This document shows positions 53,801-63,203 of a DNA stretch of 64,000 bases, in pieces. A model generated the notes under the pieces. That model did no database searches. It saw nothing but the letters and a program-made list of their open reading frames with translations, and had not been told where the DNA came from. The stretch spans positions 26,483 through 90,482 of the forward strand of contig JAJDVI010000091.1 of the NCBI GenBank assembly GCA_022826195.1. The letters run 5' to 3'. The stretch comes from Acidobacteriota bacterium. Lineage in GTDB: Bacteria; Acidobacteriota; Vicinamibacteria; Marinacidobacterales; Marinacidobacteraceae. The position numbers and the translations under genes are program-made. Within the stretch, counting starts at the first letter, position 1. Each line of letters begins with the position of its first letter.

Positions 53801-53819
53801 GGGACGGTGTCGGAGGGGC

Positions 53820-55382
53820 TTACGCCGGGACCGGCTCCCGCGCCTCCGCCGCCGGCGTGACCGCCGCTCCGCCGGCGCGGAAGGCGTCGCGCTTGAACTC
53901 GGCGATCGCCTCCCGAAGCGCGGCGGTCAGTGACTCGTCCAGCTTCCGCTCCTTGCGGACGCGGGCCAGCGTGTCCGGGTGGCGGGTCTCGAGGAACTCG
54001 TAGAGCCCCCTCTCGAAATCCCGGCAGTCGGCCGGCTCGAGGTCATCGAGGAAGCCCTCGTTCGCGGCGAAGATGATCGCTACCTGCTTCTCCACCGGCA
54101 GCGGCTCGTACTGGTCCTGCTTCAGGACTTCGGTCAGGCGCTCTCCCTTGGCCAGCTGGGCCTGGGTGGCCTTGTCGAGGTCCGAGCCGAACTGGGCGAA
54201 CGCCGCCATCTCCCGATACTGCGCGAGCTGCAGCCGCATGGTGCCGGCGACCTGCCGCATCGCGCGGATCTGCGCCGAACCCCCCACCCGGCTGACCGAG
54301 TTGCCGACGTTGATGGCGGGGCGGATGCCGGCGTTGAAGAGGTCTCCCTCCAGGTAGATCTGCCCGTCCGTGATGGAGATCACGTTCGTGGGCACGTAGG
54401 CCGACAGGTCGCCGGCCTGGGTCTCGATGAAGGGGAAGGCCGTGAGGGAGCCGCCTCCCCGCTGGTCGGAGAGCTTGGCCGCCCGCTCGAGCAACCGCGA
54501 ATGGAGGTAGAAGACGTCGCCGGGATAGGCCTCGCGGCCCGGCGGCCGCCGCAGGAGGAGCGAAATCTCGCGGTAGGCGGCGGCGTGCTTCGAGAGGTCG
54601 TCGTAGATGCAGAGGGCGTGGCCGCCGTGATCCATGAAGAACTCGCCCATCGCGCACCCCGAATAGGGCGCGAGGTACTGGAGCGGCGCCGGTTCGGACG
54701 CCGCGGCGGACACGATGATCGTGTGGTCGAGCGCCCCGTGGTCTTCGAGCGTCTGCACCACCTGGGCGACCGTCGACAGTTTCTGGCCGACCGCGACATA
54801 CACGCAGACCACGCCGGTGTCCCGCTGGTTGATGATCGCGTCCACCGCGATCGCGGTCTTTCCGGTCTGGCGGTCGCCGATGATGAGCTCACGCTGGCCG
54901 CGGCCGATGGGAATCATGGCGTCCACCGCCTTGACTCCCGTCTGGAGCGGCTCTTTCACCGGCTGCCGGGCGACGATGCCCGGAGCGATGCGTTCCACGG
55001 CGCCCGTTTCGGTCGTCTCGATGGGTCCCTTGCCGTCCAGCGGCCGGCCCAGCGCGTCCACCACGCGTCCCTTCATCGCCTCGCCCACGGGTACCTGCAG
55101 GATCCGCCGGGTGCGCTTCGCCGTGTCTCCCTCCCTGATGGAGGTCACGTCGCCGAAGAGAACGAGTCCCACCGACGACTCTTCGAGGTTCAGCGCGAGG
55201 CCGAACACGTCGTTCGGCAGTTCCACCAGCTCGCCGTACATGACCCCTTCCAGGCCATGGACGCGGGCGATCCCGTCTCCCGAAGAGACGACGGTTCCGA
55301 CTTCCGCGACATCGACGCCGGTGTCGTGGCCGGCGATCTGTTCCCGCAGCAGGGCGGCGATCTCGTCTGCTCGAATACTCAT
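53820..55382 (-). CDS. atpA: ATP synthase alpha subunit
   Basis: GDRQTGKT and [21 protein letters not shown]. Confidence 0.98.
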   Translation of the reverse strand: MSIRADEIAALLREQIAGHDTGVDVAEVGTVVSSGDGIARVHGLEGVMYGELVELPNDVFGLALNLEESSVGLVLFGDVTSIREGDTAKRTRRILQVPVGEAMKGRVVDALGRPLDGKGPIETTETGAVERIAPGIVARQPVKEPLQTGVKAVDAMIPIGRGQRELIIGDRQTGKTAIAVDAIINQRDTGVVCVYVAVGQKLSTVAQVVQTLEDHGALDHTIIVSAAASEPAPLQYLAPYSGCAMGEFFMDHGGHALCIYDDLSKHAAAYREISLLLRRPPGREAYPGDVFYLHSRLLERAAKLSDQRGGGSLTAFPFIETQAGDLSAYVPTNVISITDGQIYLEGDLFNAGIRPAINVGNSVSRVGGSAQIRAMRQVAGTMRLQLAQYREMAAFAQFGSDLDKATQAQLAKGERLTEVLKQDQYEPLPVEKQVAIIFAANEGFLDDLEPADCRDFERGLYEFLETRHPDTLARVRKERKLDESLTAALREAIAEFKRDAFRAGGAAVTPAAEAREPVPA

Positions 55383-55425
55383 GGGTCTTCCTATAACGTG
55401 TTGAATCCAGGGGTTTTATGCTGAG

Positions 55426-55971
55426 TCAGGCGCCGTATCGCTCCTCGAATCGGGAAAGCTGGCGGCTGACGCTGGCGTCGTAGATGCGATTACCGATCCG
55501 GATGACGAATCCACCGAGCAGCTCCGGGTCCTCGCGGAAGTGCAGCCTCGGAGTGCCGGAAAAGGCGGATGCCAGCGCCGCCCGGAGGCTCGCGCGGTCG
55601 CGCTCGTCGAGTTGGCGCGCGGACACCACCTCCGCCTCGACGATCCCCCGATGCTCATCGAGCGCCGCCCGAAACGCCGCCGCGGTCTCCGCCAGGTGCC
55701 CGGACCGCTCCCGGGCCACCATGACCGACACGAACCTGCCCAGCTCGGAGTCCGGCAGGATCCGGTCGGCGACGGCCTTCGCGACCGCGGCGCGCCGTTC
55801 CCGCGCGATCGCCGGCGAGGTCAGCGTCTTGAGGAGTTCCGGGGAACGCTCCAGCGATGCCGCGAACTCCTCGAGACCGCCCGCGAGCGGCTCCAGGTTC
55901 TTCTCGCGCCCGGCGGCGACCACCGTGTCCAGGAGGACGCGCGCGTAGTGGCGGGCTACTTCGCTGGACAT
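55426..55971 (-). CDS. atpH: ATP synthase delta subunit
   Basis: A--YA, DPELLGG and DASV; operon position. Confidence 0.92.
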   Translation of the reverse strand: MSSEVARHYARVLLDTVVAAGREKNLEPLAGGLEEFAASLERSPELLKTLTSPAIARERRAAVAKAVADRILPDSELGRFVSVMVARERSGHLAETAAAFRAALDEHRGIVEAEVVSARQLDERDRASLRAALASAFSGTPRLHFREDPELLGGFVIRIGNRIYDASVSRQLSRFEERYGA

Positions 55972-55989
55972 CGGCGGTGCGCCTCCCCG

Positions 55990-56595
55990 TCAGTCGCGGC
56001 GGATCGCCGTCATCCCGGCGTCGATGAGGCGCCGGTGGTCTTCCTCGGACATGGTGTCGCGGAGCCGTGTCCGCGCGATCTGGACGGCCGCCCGCGCCGC
56101 TCCGGTGGCGAGGCGGCGCTCCGCGACCCGTACTTCCTGGTTCAGCTCGGCCTGGGCCGTGGCGCCGATTTTCCGGGCCTGTTCCTCGGCGGCCGCCACG
56201 ATGCGGCGGCCCTCGGCGGTCGCGGCCTCGGTGATCCGCTGACGCGCCGCTTCCACCTCATCGTCCAGTTCGCCAGACCGCGCCGCCGCTCTTTCGGCCG
56301 TCCGGGCAGCCGCCTCGCGGTCGGCCCGCGCCGCGGCCAGCTGCTCCCGAATCTGGAGCGCGCGCGCTTCGAGGTAACCGGCGATCGGCTTGCGAAGAAC
56401 GATGACCAGAATCGTCGCCAGGATCGTGAAGTTGACGATCTTGGGCAGATTCGAGGCTCCCTCCTCGGCAGCGAATGCCGGCGAGCCCACGGCGAGCACC
56501 ATGACGGCGACCGCAGCGGCCAGGATCACTCGCCCCGAGAGGCGGGTCGGCATGGCGCGGGCGCTCGGGAAGTCGTTCCGGCGTGCCAGCTTCAT
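55990..56595 (-). CDS. atpF: ATP synthase F0 subunit b
   Basis: KIVNFTIL membrane helix followed by an Ala/Glu-rich coiled coil; ATGA overlap. Confidence 0.85.
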   Translation of the reverse strand: MKLARRNDFPSARAMPTRLSGRVILAAAVAVMVLAVGSPAFAAEEGASNLPKIVNFTILATILVIVLRKPIAGYLEARALQIREQLAAARADREAAARTAERAAARSGELDDEVEAARQRITEAATAEGRRIVAAAEEQARKIGATAQAELNQEVRVAERRLATGAARAAVQIARTRLRDTMSEEDHRRLIDAGMTAIRRD

Positions 56596-57020
56596 GAGGC
56601 GCGGCGCAGGACTCTGGCGGTGAGATCGCTGGCCAGACTCTCCGCCACCTGCTCGAGCTCGGAGGCGGCGCGGGCGCTTTGCTCGCGGAGCGAGTCCTTT
56701 CCGGCTTCCAGGGTGGCGGCAGCCTGTTCGCGAGCGGCGGCCAGCGTTGCCTCGGCGCGTTCGCCCGCCTCGCGCCGAATCCGGTCCATCTCCCGATAGC
56801 CCTCGTCGCGCACGGCCGCGACGGCGTTCGCAACCCGGGTTTCCGCGGCCACGGCGTCGGCCTCCGCCGCTTCCCGGGCCTGGCGGGCGCCGCCGGCCTC
56901 CTGCTCCCGCGCCTCCATCGCACGCGCCAGCGGCTCGAAGAACTGCCGTTTCAGGACCAGCGTCAGGCACACCACGATCACCGACACGATCAGCGCGGTG
57001 ATGTCAGGAATGATGGTCAC
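56592..57020 (-). CDS. ATP synthase F0 subunit b'
   Basis: PD-T membrane anchor, FFEPL---M--R, coiled coil. Confidence 0.85.
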   Translation of the reverse strand: MTIIPDITALIVSVIVVCLTLVLKRQFFEPLARAMEAREQEAGGARQAREAAEADAVAAETRVANAVAAVRDEGYREMDRIRREAGERAEATLAAAREQAAATLEAGKDSLREQSARAASELEQVAESLASDLTARVLRRAS

Positions 57021-57148
57021 GAAACCTGCGGCCTACAGAGGACAAGGGAAGCGCGCCGCCCCACCAGGAACGGGAAGACACCGGTCGGGAAACCGGGGGC
57101 GGCCGGATGCGTGCGGTCTAGCGAACTAACCCGCCACGGACGGCGGGA

Positions 57149-57177
57149 AGGCTATCACCCGGCACCGGGGTTGCCAA
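57149..57177 (-). promoter_or_regulatory. Promoter of the atp operon
   Basis: TTGGCA-N17-TAGCCT with an extended TG. Confidence 0.55.
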
Positions 57178-57201
57178 GGAATCCGGCGGCCGGACAACCC
57201 G

Positions 57202-57630
57202 TCAGGCGCTGGCGCTATCGGGTTCGCTCGCCGGCGGTGGCGGAGCCGGGTTGGCCGGCGCCTGGGACGGCGAGCGCTGGTAGTCGCGGTGGACCCGAAA
57301 GTGAGCGCCGTCAGCGTCGCTCTTGGCCTCCAGGGTCAGGTTGGCGGCCTGGACCGCCACCCCCGCGATGGACCCTCCGGAATGCACGATGACATCCTGA
57401 GCCGCGATCTCGCCGCTCACCCGGCCTCCGCCCTCCACGACGACCCGCTGGGCGTAGATCCGGCCGTCGAAGTTCCCGGAGCCACCCACCGAAACCTCGT
57501 CCTCGGAGTGGATCTCTCCCACGAACTCCCCGTTCACGTTGAACGGGCCCGGGGCGTTCAGCCGGCCTGAGAGACGCGACCCGGATCCGACATATCCGCT
57601 ATGGGCGTCCCGCGATGGATCTCGCGCCAT
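57202..57630 (-). CDS. Bactofilin (polymer-forming cytoskeletal protein)
   Basis: Beta-helix repeats (V-G-F-GEI, G-V-GEI-A); directly downstream of parB. Confidence 0.8.
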   Translation of the reverse strand: MARDPSRDAHSGYVGSGSRLSGRLNAPGPFNVNGEFVGEIHSEDEVSVGGSGNFDGRIYAQRVVVEGGGRVSGEIAAQDVIVHSGGSIAGVAVQAANLTLEAKSDADGAHFRVHRDYQRSPSQAPANPAPPPPASEPDSASA

Positions 57631-57634
57631 CGTT

Positions 57635-58495
57635 CTATTCGCTCACTTCCCGTTCACTGGTCAACACGACGAAGATGCGGTGCAGGTCATCCTCGGAGAA
57701 AAATTGTATCTGGACGGCGCCACCCCTGCCACGCCGCCGGATCTGGACCGGAAACCCCACCGCCCGCTGCATGCGCTCCTGCGCATCGCGCGTATTCGGA
57801 TCGAGGCCGGACGGCCGGGACGCCTTTGGCTGTCCGGGCTCGTGATCCCCCCGGGCCCGCTTGACCCGGCGTTCGACTTCCCGAACCGACAGATCGCCCC
57901 GGATGATCTCCTCGGCGAGTTGGGCCTGCGCCGCCGCGTCGAGGGGAACGAGGGCCCGGCCCGCCGCGGCGCGCAGCTTCCCCGTTTCCACCAGGCGCCT
58001 CACCTGGGGCGTCAACTCCAGCAGCCGCAGCGTGTTGGTCACCGCGGTGCGGCTGCGCCCGACCTCCGCGGCAATGGCGCCGTGGGTCATTCCTCCCGCA
58101 TCGGCGAGCCGGCGAAAGGCGAGCGCCTCCTCGATCGGGTTGAGGCCCTCCCGTTGCAGGTTCTCGACGAGCGCAAGCAGCCCGACATCCTCGTCGGAGG
58201 CCTCCCGGACCACGACCGGGACGCGCTCCAGACCCGCCAGTTGGGCGGCGCGCCAACGGCGCTCGCCGGCGATGATCTGGAATCTTCCGGCCTGCGGCCG
58301 AACGACGATCGGTTCGATGACGCCGCGGGCGGCGATGGAGGCCGCCAGCCCTTCCAGGTCCTCGGCGGCGATCTGCGAACGCGGCTGCGCGGGGTTCGGC
58401 GCCAGCTCCCCGACCGGCACCGAACGGGGCCCGTCGGTCGACGCGGCCGATGGAAGCAGGGCATCGAGGCCGCGGCCCAGACCACGTCGCTTCAC
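57635..58495 (-). CDS. parB: Chromosome partitioning protein ParB
   Basis: LGRGLDALL, NP-QPR, AGERRWRAA, ENLQRE-LNPIEEA and SR--VTN-LRLL. Confidence 0.96.
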   Translation of the reverse strand: MKRRGLGRGLDALLPSAASTDGPRSVPVGELAPNPAQPRSQIAAEDLEGLAASIAARGVIEPIVVRPQAGRFQIIAGERRWRAAQLAGLERVPVVVREASDEDVGLLALVENLQREGLNPIEEALAFRRLADAGGMTHGAIAAEVGRSRTAVTNTLRLLELTPQVRRLVETGKLRAAAGRALVPLDAAAQAQLAEEIIRGDLSVREVERRVKRARGDHEPGQPKASRPSGLDPNTRDAQERMQRAVGFPVQIRRRGRGGAVQIQFFSEDDLHRIFVVLTSEREVSE

Positions 58496-59268
58496 CGGGA
58501 AAGAACCTCCTGCGCCAGGTCCGCGTAGGCGGCCGCCACCCTGGACCGCGGATCGTGGATCTGCAGCGGGACCCCGTAGGAGGGCGCCTCCGCAGCCCGG
58601 ACCGATCGCGGAACGATGGTGCCGAACACCCGGTCCCCCAGTTTGCCCCGAACCTCGGCGATCACGTCCCGCGCGAGGTTCGTGCGCCGGTCAACCATGG
58701 TGAAGAGGACTCCCAGCAATTCGAGCCCCGGGTTCCACGAGCGGCCGATGCGGGTGACGGTGTCGAGCAGCCGGGAAAGCCCCTGCATCGCAAAGAACTC
58801 GCATTGCATGGGGACGACAACGGCGTCCGCGGCCACCAGAGCGTTGACGGTGAGCAGTCCCAGCGACGGAGGACAGTCCAGCAGGACGAACTCGGTGCTT
58901 GGAGCGTCCCGGGTGTAGTCCGAGAGACTCCCGCGGAGCCGAAGCGCCCGGCGTTCGGGGTCCGGATCGTCGGCCGCGATCTGAAGGTCCGCGGCGGCCA
59001 GCGACGGATCGGAAGGACACGCGATCAGATTCGGGAGTTCGGTGTCCAGAACGGCACGACCGAGCGGTTCCCGGTCCACGAGCACGTCATAAACGCTGTA
59101 TCCGTCCTCGGCGATCTGAAGCCCGAGGCTGGTGGTGAGATTGCTCTGAGGATCCAGGTCCACGACCAGGCATCGATGCCCGCTCATCGCGAGCGCCGCG
59201 CCCAGGTTCACCGTGGTGGTGGTCTTGCCAACCCCCCCTTTCTGATTGACGATCGCCAGAATCCTCAT
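58492..59268 (-). CDS. parA: Chromosome partitioning ATPase ParA/Soj
   Basis: NQKGGVGKTTT, DLDPQ-N, DCPPSLG and EAPSYG. Confidence 0.96.
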   Translation of the reverse strand: MRILAIVNQKGGVGKTTTTVNLGAALAMSGHRCLVVDLDPQSNLTTSLGLQIAEDGYSVYDVLVDREPLGRAVLDTELPNLIACPSDPSLAAADLQIAADDPDPERRALRLRGSLSDYTRDAPSTEFVLLDCPPSLGLLTVNALVAADAVVVPMQCEFFAMQGLSRLLDTVTRIGRSWNPGLELLGVLFTMVDRRTNLARDVIAEVRGKLGDRVFGTIVPRSVRAAEAPSYGVPLQIHDPRSRVAAAYADLAQEVLSR

Positions 59269-59313
59269 CTGGAGGGTTCCGAGACTACCATGGGGACCAG
59301 CGGCCTCGCCGGT

Positions 59314-59329
59314 TGTTTCACGTGAAACA
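59314..59329. promoter_or_regulatory. parS: parS site
   Basis: TGTTTCACGTGAAACA is a perfect consensus and sits inside a 26-bp palindrome at 59309-59334. Confidence 0.95.
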
Positions 59330-59341
59330 ACCGGGCGTCCG

Positions 59342-59992
59342 TCACGACGCCGGGCGGGGCCGCCCGACCCAGACGATCCCCCGGTCCGCGGGAACGAATT
59401 CCTCGTCAAAGAGGCCACTCTCGAGTCCCGCGCGCTCCCGGGCGGGACGGGACGTCGGCCAGATCACCGGCGCTCCGGCGGACATTCCGGCCGCGAGCAG
59501 GCTCCACTCGCCCGCCTGCAGTTTGACGGCGCGCATCGTCACCGCCGAAACGCGCGCGAGCTCCGTCCGTCCTGTCTCGGATCTCAAGAACTTTTTGAGT
59601 CTTTGCCTGACGACGCGAACCCGGGGGCTCATCCCAAGTTTGTCGGCGGCCATCTCGAGAAAGGCGGCAGAAACCTGCCGGGGCTCCAGCAGGAGCCAGT
59701 TCCCGCCTCCAGCGATCGCGAGCGGCAGCGCCGGGGTTCCGCCTCCGCTCCCGATGTCCAGGAAGGGGCCGCGCTCCGGCAGCAGGCGGCCCAGGACCAG
59801 CGCCTCGCGAAAGTAGTACCGCGCGAGGTCTTCCGGTGAGCGAAAACCCGTGATGCCCGCTCCCTTCCAGGCGCCGAGCATCTCGAAGAGGCGCGCCAGC
59901 TTCTCGTGCGCTTCCGGAGGAATCGGCGGCTCGATGCCGGCCAGCGCTTCGGTCAGGGGGCCAACCGGCGCGGTGGCCTCGCCGTCGCTCAC
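59342..59992 (-). CDS. rsmG: 16S rRNA m7G527 methyltransferase
   Basis: LDIGSGGG-P-LPLAI and TMRAV; canonical position before parA. Confidence 0.82.
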   Translation of the reverse strand: MSDGEATAPVGPLTEALAGIEPPIPPEAHEKLARLFEMLGAWKGAGITGFRSPEDLARYYFREALVLGRLLPERGPFLDIGSGGGTPALPLAIAGGGNWLLLEPRQVSAAFLEMAADKLGMSPRVRVVRQRLKKFLRSETGRTELARVSAVTMRAVKLQAGEWSLLAAGMSAGAPVIWPTSRPARERAGLESGLFDEEFVPADRGIVWVGRPRPAS

Positions 59993-61743
59993 CTCCCGGC
60001 CGTCAGTTTTCGTCTCGAGCCGCCCTTGTGCCGCTTGCCCTTGCCGGACGCCTCCACCACGCTGGCGTCGGCCTCCCGGCGGTCCATGATCCGGCTGGTC
60101 ACCGCCTGCTGCCCCATGGAGATCACGTTGTTCGCGAACCAGTAGAGCACCAGGCCGGACGGCGCCCAGGCCATGATCAGGACGAAGACCACGGGCATGA
60201 ACATCATGATCTTGGCCTGGATGCCCTCGACCTGCGTCGCGGTCATCTTCTGCATGATGAGCTGACTCGCCCCCATCAGTAACGGCAGGATGAAATACGG
60301 ATCCTCGCGGGACAGGTCCTGCACCCAGAACACGAACGGGGCGTGCCGCAACTCGACGGAAACCACCAGCAGGCGGTAGAAGGCGAAAAAGAAGGGAATC
60401 ATCAGCAGCATGGGCAGACAGCCGCCGATGGGCGAGACGTTGTGCTCCCGGTACAGGGCCACCATCTCCTGGTTCATTTCGCCGCGTTTCGGATCCGTCG
60501 GCTTCATCCCCTTGTACTTTTCCTGGATCCGCTTGACCTGCGGGCTGATCTTCTGCATCCGCCGGATGGAGACGTAGCTGTAGTGCTTCAGCGGTGCGAG
60601 CAGGAGGCTGATCAGGATGGTCACCAGCACGATGGCCCATCCGTAGTTCCCGAGCAGATCGAAGGCCCAGAGCAGGCCCTGCCGAATCGGAACCACCAGG
60701 AACCGCAGCCAGGCGCCGAATTCCACGATGTCCACCCCGAGCTCGGTGAGCAGCTCCACCTGCTTCGGACCGGTGAACAGCGTGAACTCGCTGGCGCCCG
60801 CGGATCTCAGGTGCGCGACCAGGAGATTCCGGGAGCCGGTCGGGTCCTCCGCGGGGATCTCGAAGCTCTCCCACGGAATGGCCAGCGCCTCCAGCCTCGC
60901 CTCGTAGCGCTGGCCGGGGTCGGCCACCAGCAGTCCCGCGAAGTAGTGCGACGCGACGCCGACCGCCTGCGCTGAAAGGCTCGCCGCCTCGCCTCCGGCC
61001 GCCTCGGCAAAGGAAAAGAGCCGGCTCTCGCCACCGGACTCGATGACCCCCTGCTCGGCGCCCTGATATCTCCCGATGGAGCTTTCGTTCTCGATCCCGG
61101 GACCGAACAGGACCTCCTTCAGTTGCTCCGCACCACCCCGGATCGCCGAGACCGACACCCCCATCCGGTAGTCGCCCCCCTGTACGCGCACGGTCTTGGA
61201 GACCTCCAGGCCATCGGCGGACGCCCAGCGGAACTCGATCTCGCGGGTTTCTCCGTCCCTCAGCTCCAGCCGGACGGGGCCCGTGCGAAGCTGCCCATCC
61301 ACCGCGACCTCGTGCAGCGCGGTCGTGAGGCGGGCAGGCGCGGGCTCACCGGGGAGCACCACGTCGAGCGGCCGCACCGAGTTGACGAGATCGTCGCCCT
61401 GAGGCAGCGCCTCGAGCGGCGCGCCCAGCGAATCGGTGTGCTCGAGGAGTCGCAGACCGAGCAGACGGCCGCCGCGATTGGAGAACTCGGCCACGTAGCG
61501 GCTCGTCTCCACCGCAACCGTCTGCTCGCGCTCGGCCTCCCGTACCTCCGTGGGGGCCTCGGGAGGGGCGGTTTCGGCCGCCGCGACGGGGACGTCCGGG
61601 ACCGGGGATGCCGCTCGGCTCGCGGCGGCCGGCGTTTCCTCGGCCGGCGGCGCCGGCGGCGCGCTCTCCGGTCCGAAGAAGCGGACGAAGAGGAGAAAGA
61701 CGAAGAACGACAGCAGGAACGCGAGGAGAACGCGGCGTTCCAT
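59989..61743 (-). CDS. yidC: Membrane protein insertase
   Basis: GPK, NYGWAI, GGCLPML, WVQDLS--DP and GLVLYW. Confidence 0.96.
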   Translation of the reverse strand: MERRVLLAFLLSFFVFLLFVRFFGPESAPPAPPAEETPAAASRAASPVPDVPVAAAETAPPEAPTEVREAEREQTVAVETSRYVAEFSNRGGRLLGLRLLEHTDSLGAPLEALPQGDDLVNSVRPLDVVLPGEPAPARLTTALHEVAVDGQLRTGPVRLELRDGETREIEFRWASADGLEVSKTVRVQGGDYRMGVSVSAIRGGAEQLKEVLFGPGIENESSIGRYQGAEQGVIESGGESRLFSFAEAAGGEAASLSAQAVGVASHYFAGLLVADPGQRYEARLEALAIPWESFEIPAEDPTGSRNLLVAHLRSAGASEFTLFTGPKQVELLTELGVDIVEFGAWLRFLVVPIRQGLLWAFDLLGNYGWAIVLVTILISLLLAPLKHYSYVSIRRMQKISPQVKRIQEKYKGMKPTDPKRGEMNQEMVALYREHNVSPIGGCLPMLLMIPFFFAFYRLLVVSVELRHAPFVFWVQDLSREDPYFILPLLMGASQLIMQKMTATQVEGIQAKIMMFMPVVFVLIMAWAPSGLVLYWFANNVISMGQQAVTSRIMDRREADASVVEASGKGKRHKGGSRRKLTAGR

Positions 61744-61745
61744 GA

Positions 61746-62084
61746 CTAGCGGCCCCTGGTCGAGGTGAGGTCGGCGGTGAGACCGCCGGTTTGGCCGGGC
61801 GGCGCCGGCACCGCGTCATATCCGGACCCGCCGAACGGGTGACAGCGCAGCAGCCGCCGGGCGGCTAGCACGATCCCGCGTCCCGGGCCATGAAGCCGGA
61901 TGGCTTCCTCGGCATAGTGCGAACACGACGGCTGGAAGCGGCAGACCCCCGCGAACAGCGGGCTGAGCGCCACGCGATACAGCCAGATGAGGCCCAGGAA
62001 AAATCCGGCGAGAGCGCGGCGCACGAGGCCCGGCGCCGGAATCGGCTCGGCGAGCGCCGTGGTTGCGCGGGTGACGGTTGCCAT
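61746..62084 (-). CDS. yidD: Membrane protein insertion efficiency factor
   Basis: CRFQPSCS-Y...RCHPF--GYD. Confidence 0.93.
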   Translation of the reverse strand: MATVTRATTALAEPIPAPGLVRRALAGFFLGLIWLYRVALSPLFAGVCRFQPSCSHYAEEAIRLHGPGRGIVLAARRLLRCHPFGGSGYDAVPAPPGQTGGLTADLTSTRGR

Positions 62085-62085
62085 T

Positions 62086-62529
62086 TCAGGCAGGCCGGCC
62101 GCTTCCTTCGGAGCCACGGCGTCCGTGCCGGCGGCGGCGGCTTCCGGCCGCCAGCCGGGTCGCGGTCCGGTAGGCACGCTGCAGGTCCGGCCAGGAGGCC
62201 TCGCCGATTCCGCGGCGGGCGATCAGGATGAGGTCGCCGGCGGGACGTTCCCCACGCCGGTACACCTCGCGCAGCAGACGCTTGGCCCGCGATCTCTGGA
62301 CGGCTCCTCCGATTTTCCGGCTGGCCACCACTCCGAGGCGCGAGGGCGCGCCGCCGCCAACCCCGGTCGGCCGGATCGCCACGAGGTATGGGGAAACGCC
62401 GCGTGCTCCGGAGGCCATCACCGCGCGGAACTCGGAGGATCGGGAGATCCGCTGGTCCCGCGGCAAAGCCCCGCTCCGGCAGGCGCCCGCGGCAGCCGGG
62501 CGACGAACGTTCGCGCGCTCCTCACCCAT
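62086..62529 (-). CDS. rnpA: Ribonuclease P protein component
   Basis: [25 protein letters not shown]; the start is uncertain. Confidence 0.9.
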   Translation of the reverse strand: MGEERANVRRPAAAGACRSGALPRDQRISRSSEFRAVMASGARGVSPYLVAIRPTGVGGGAPSRLGVVASRKIGGAVQRSRAKRLLREVYRRGERPAGDLILIARRGIGEASWPDLQRAYRTATRLAAGSRRRRHGRRGSEGSGRPA

Positions 62530-62609
62530 GACGACCTCCCCGGCAGCCGTCGCCGCCGGCGCCAGGTCGGACACCCCCAGCAGCACGCACGGAACGGCCG
62601 ACCGGTGGC

Positions 62610-62744
62610 TCAGGCCGACAGCCTTCGACGGCCCCGGCGACGCCGGCGGGCGATGACCGCGCGGCCGCCGGGAGTGCTCATGCGCGCCCGGAAACCGTGC
62701 TTCCGCTTCCTCCGCCGCCTATTGGGCTGAAACGTCCGTTTCAC
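62610..62744 (-). CDS. rpmH: 50S ribosomal protein L34 (44 aa, missing from the ORF track)
   Basis: GTG start; [44 protein letters not shown]; GGAGAGGA SD. Confidence 0.97.
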   Translation of the reverse strand: MKRTFQPNRRRRKRKHGFRARMSTPGGRAVIARRRRRGRRRLSA

Positions 62745-62829
62745 GGGATTGTCCTCTCCAAGTCGTTGAATCTAAACGAAAACTCGGTGGTCGTGGCCGC
62801 TGCCGCCGCCCCGCTCCACCGAGCGCGAC

Positions 62830-62859
62830 AGTATACCGCCAACGGACGTTTCACGTAAA
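62830..62859 (-). promoter_or_regulatory. rpmH promoter
   Basis: TTTACG-N18-TATACT. Confidence 0.5.
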
Positions 62860-63064
62860 GTCAGTTCCGGTTTCCCCGGGGGCGGCTGCGTGTCGTCCAT
62901 GGCGCTGTACGCGTTCCTCGGAGGGCGCCAGCAAGTGGAAATGTCGTGCGTCCGAAGCGGCGGTACGGCATTCCCCGCAGGCCAAGACCGGACCCCCGGA
63001 CCCCCCGGGGATCCACCTGGCGTTGGCTTTTTCTCGGGGATTTCTTGGGATTGTCACAACCGGG

Positions 63065-63095
63065 TTGACGCACTCCGAAAGGGCGTTGCTACATT
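63065..63095 (+). promoter_or_regulatory. dnaA promoter
   Basis: TTGACG-N19-TACATT with an extended TG. Confidence 0.5.
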
Positions 63096-63203
63096 CCGTC
63101 CCGGTCGTCGAGAACCGCGCTGCCGCGAGCCGGGCGGGCGGTTCTTTTCCCTTTTGCGTCCCAGCTACTGCTGCGCCTCCAGCCCCAATCTTTCGATCTT
63201 TTC

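Noticed and set aside
62847-62862. Second parS-like sequence CGTTTCACGTAAAGTC
   Set aside because: Only one half-site matches, and it is better explained as the rpmH -35 region.
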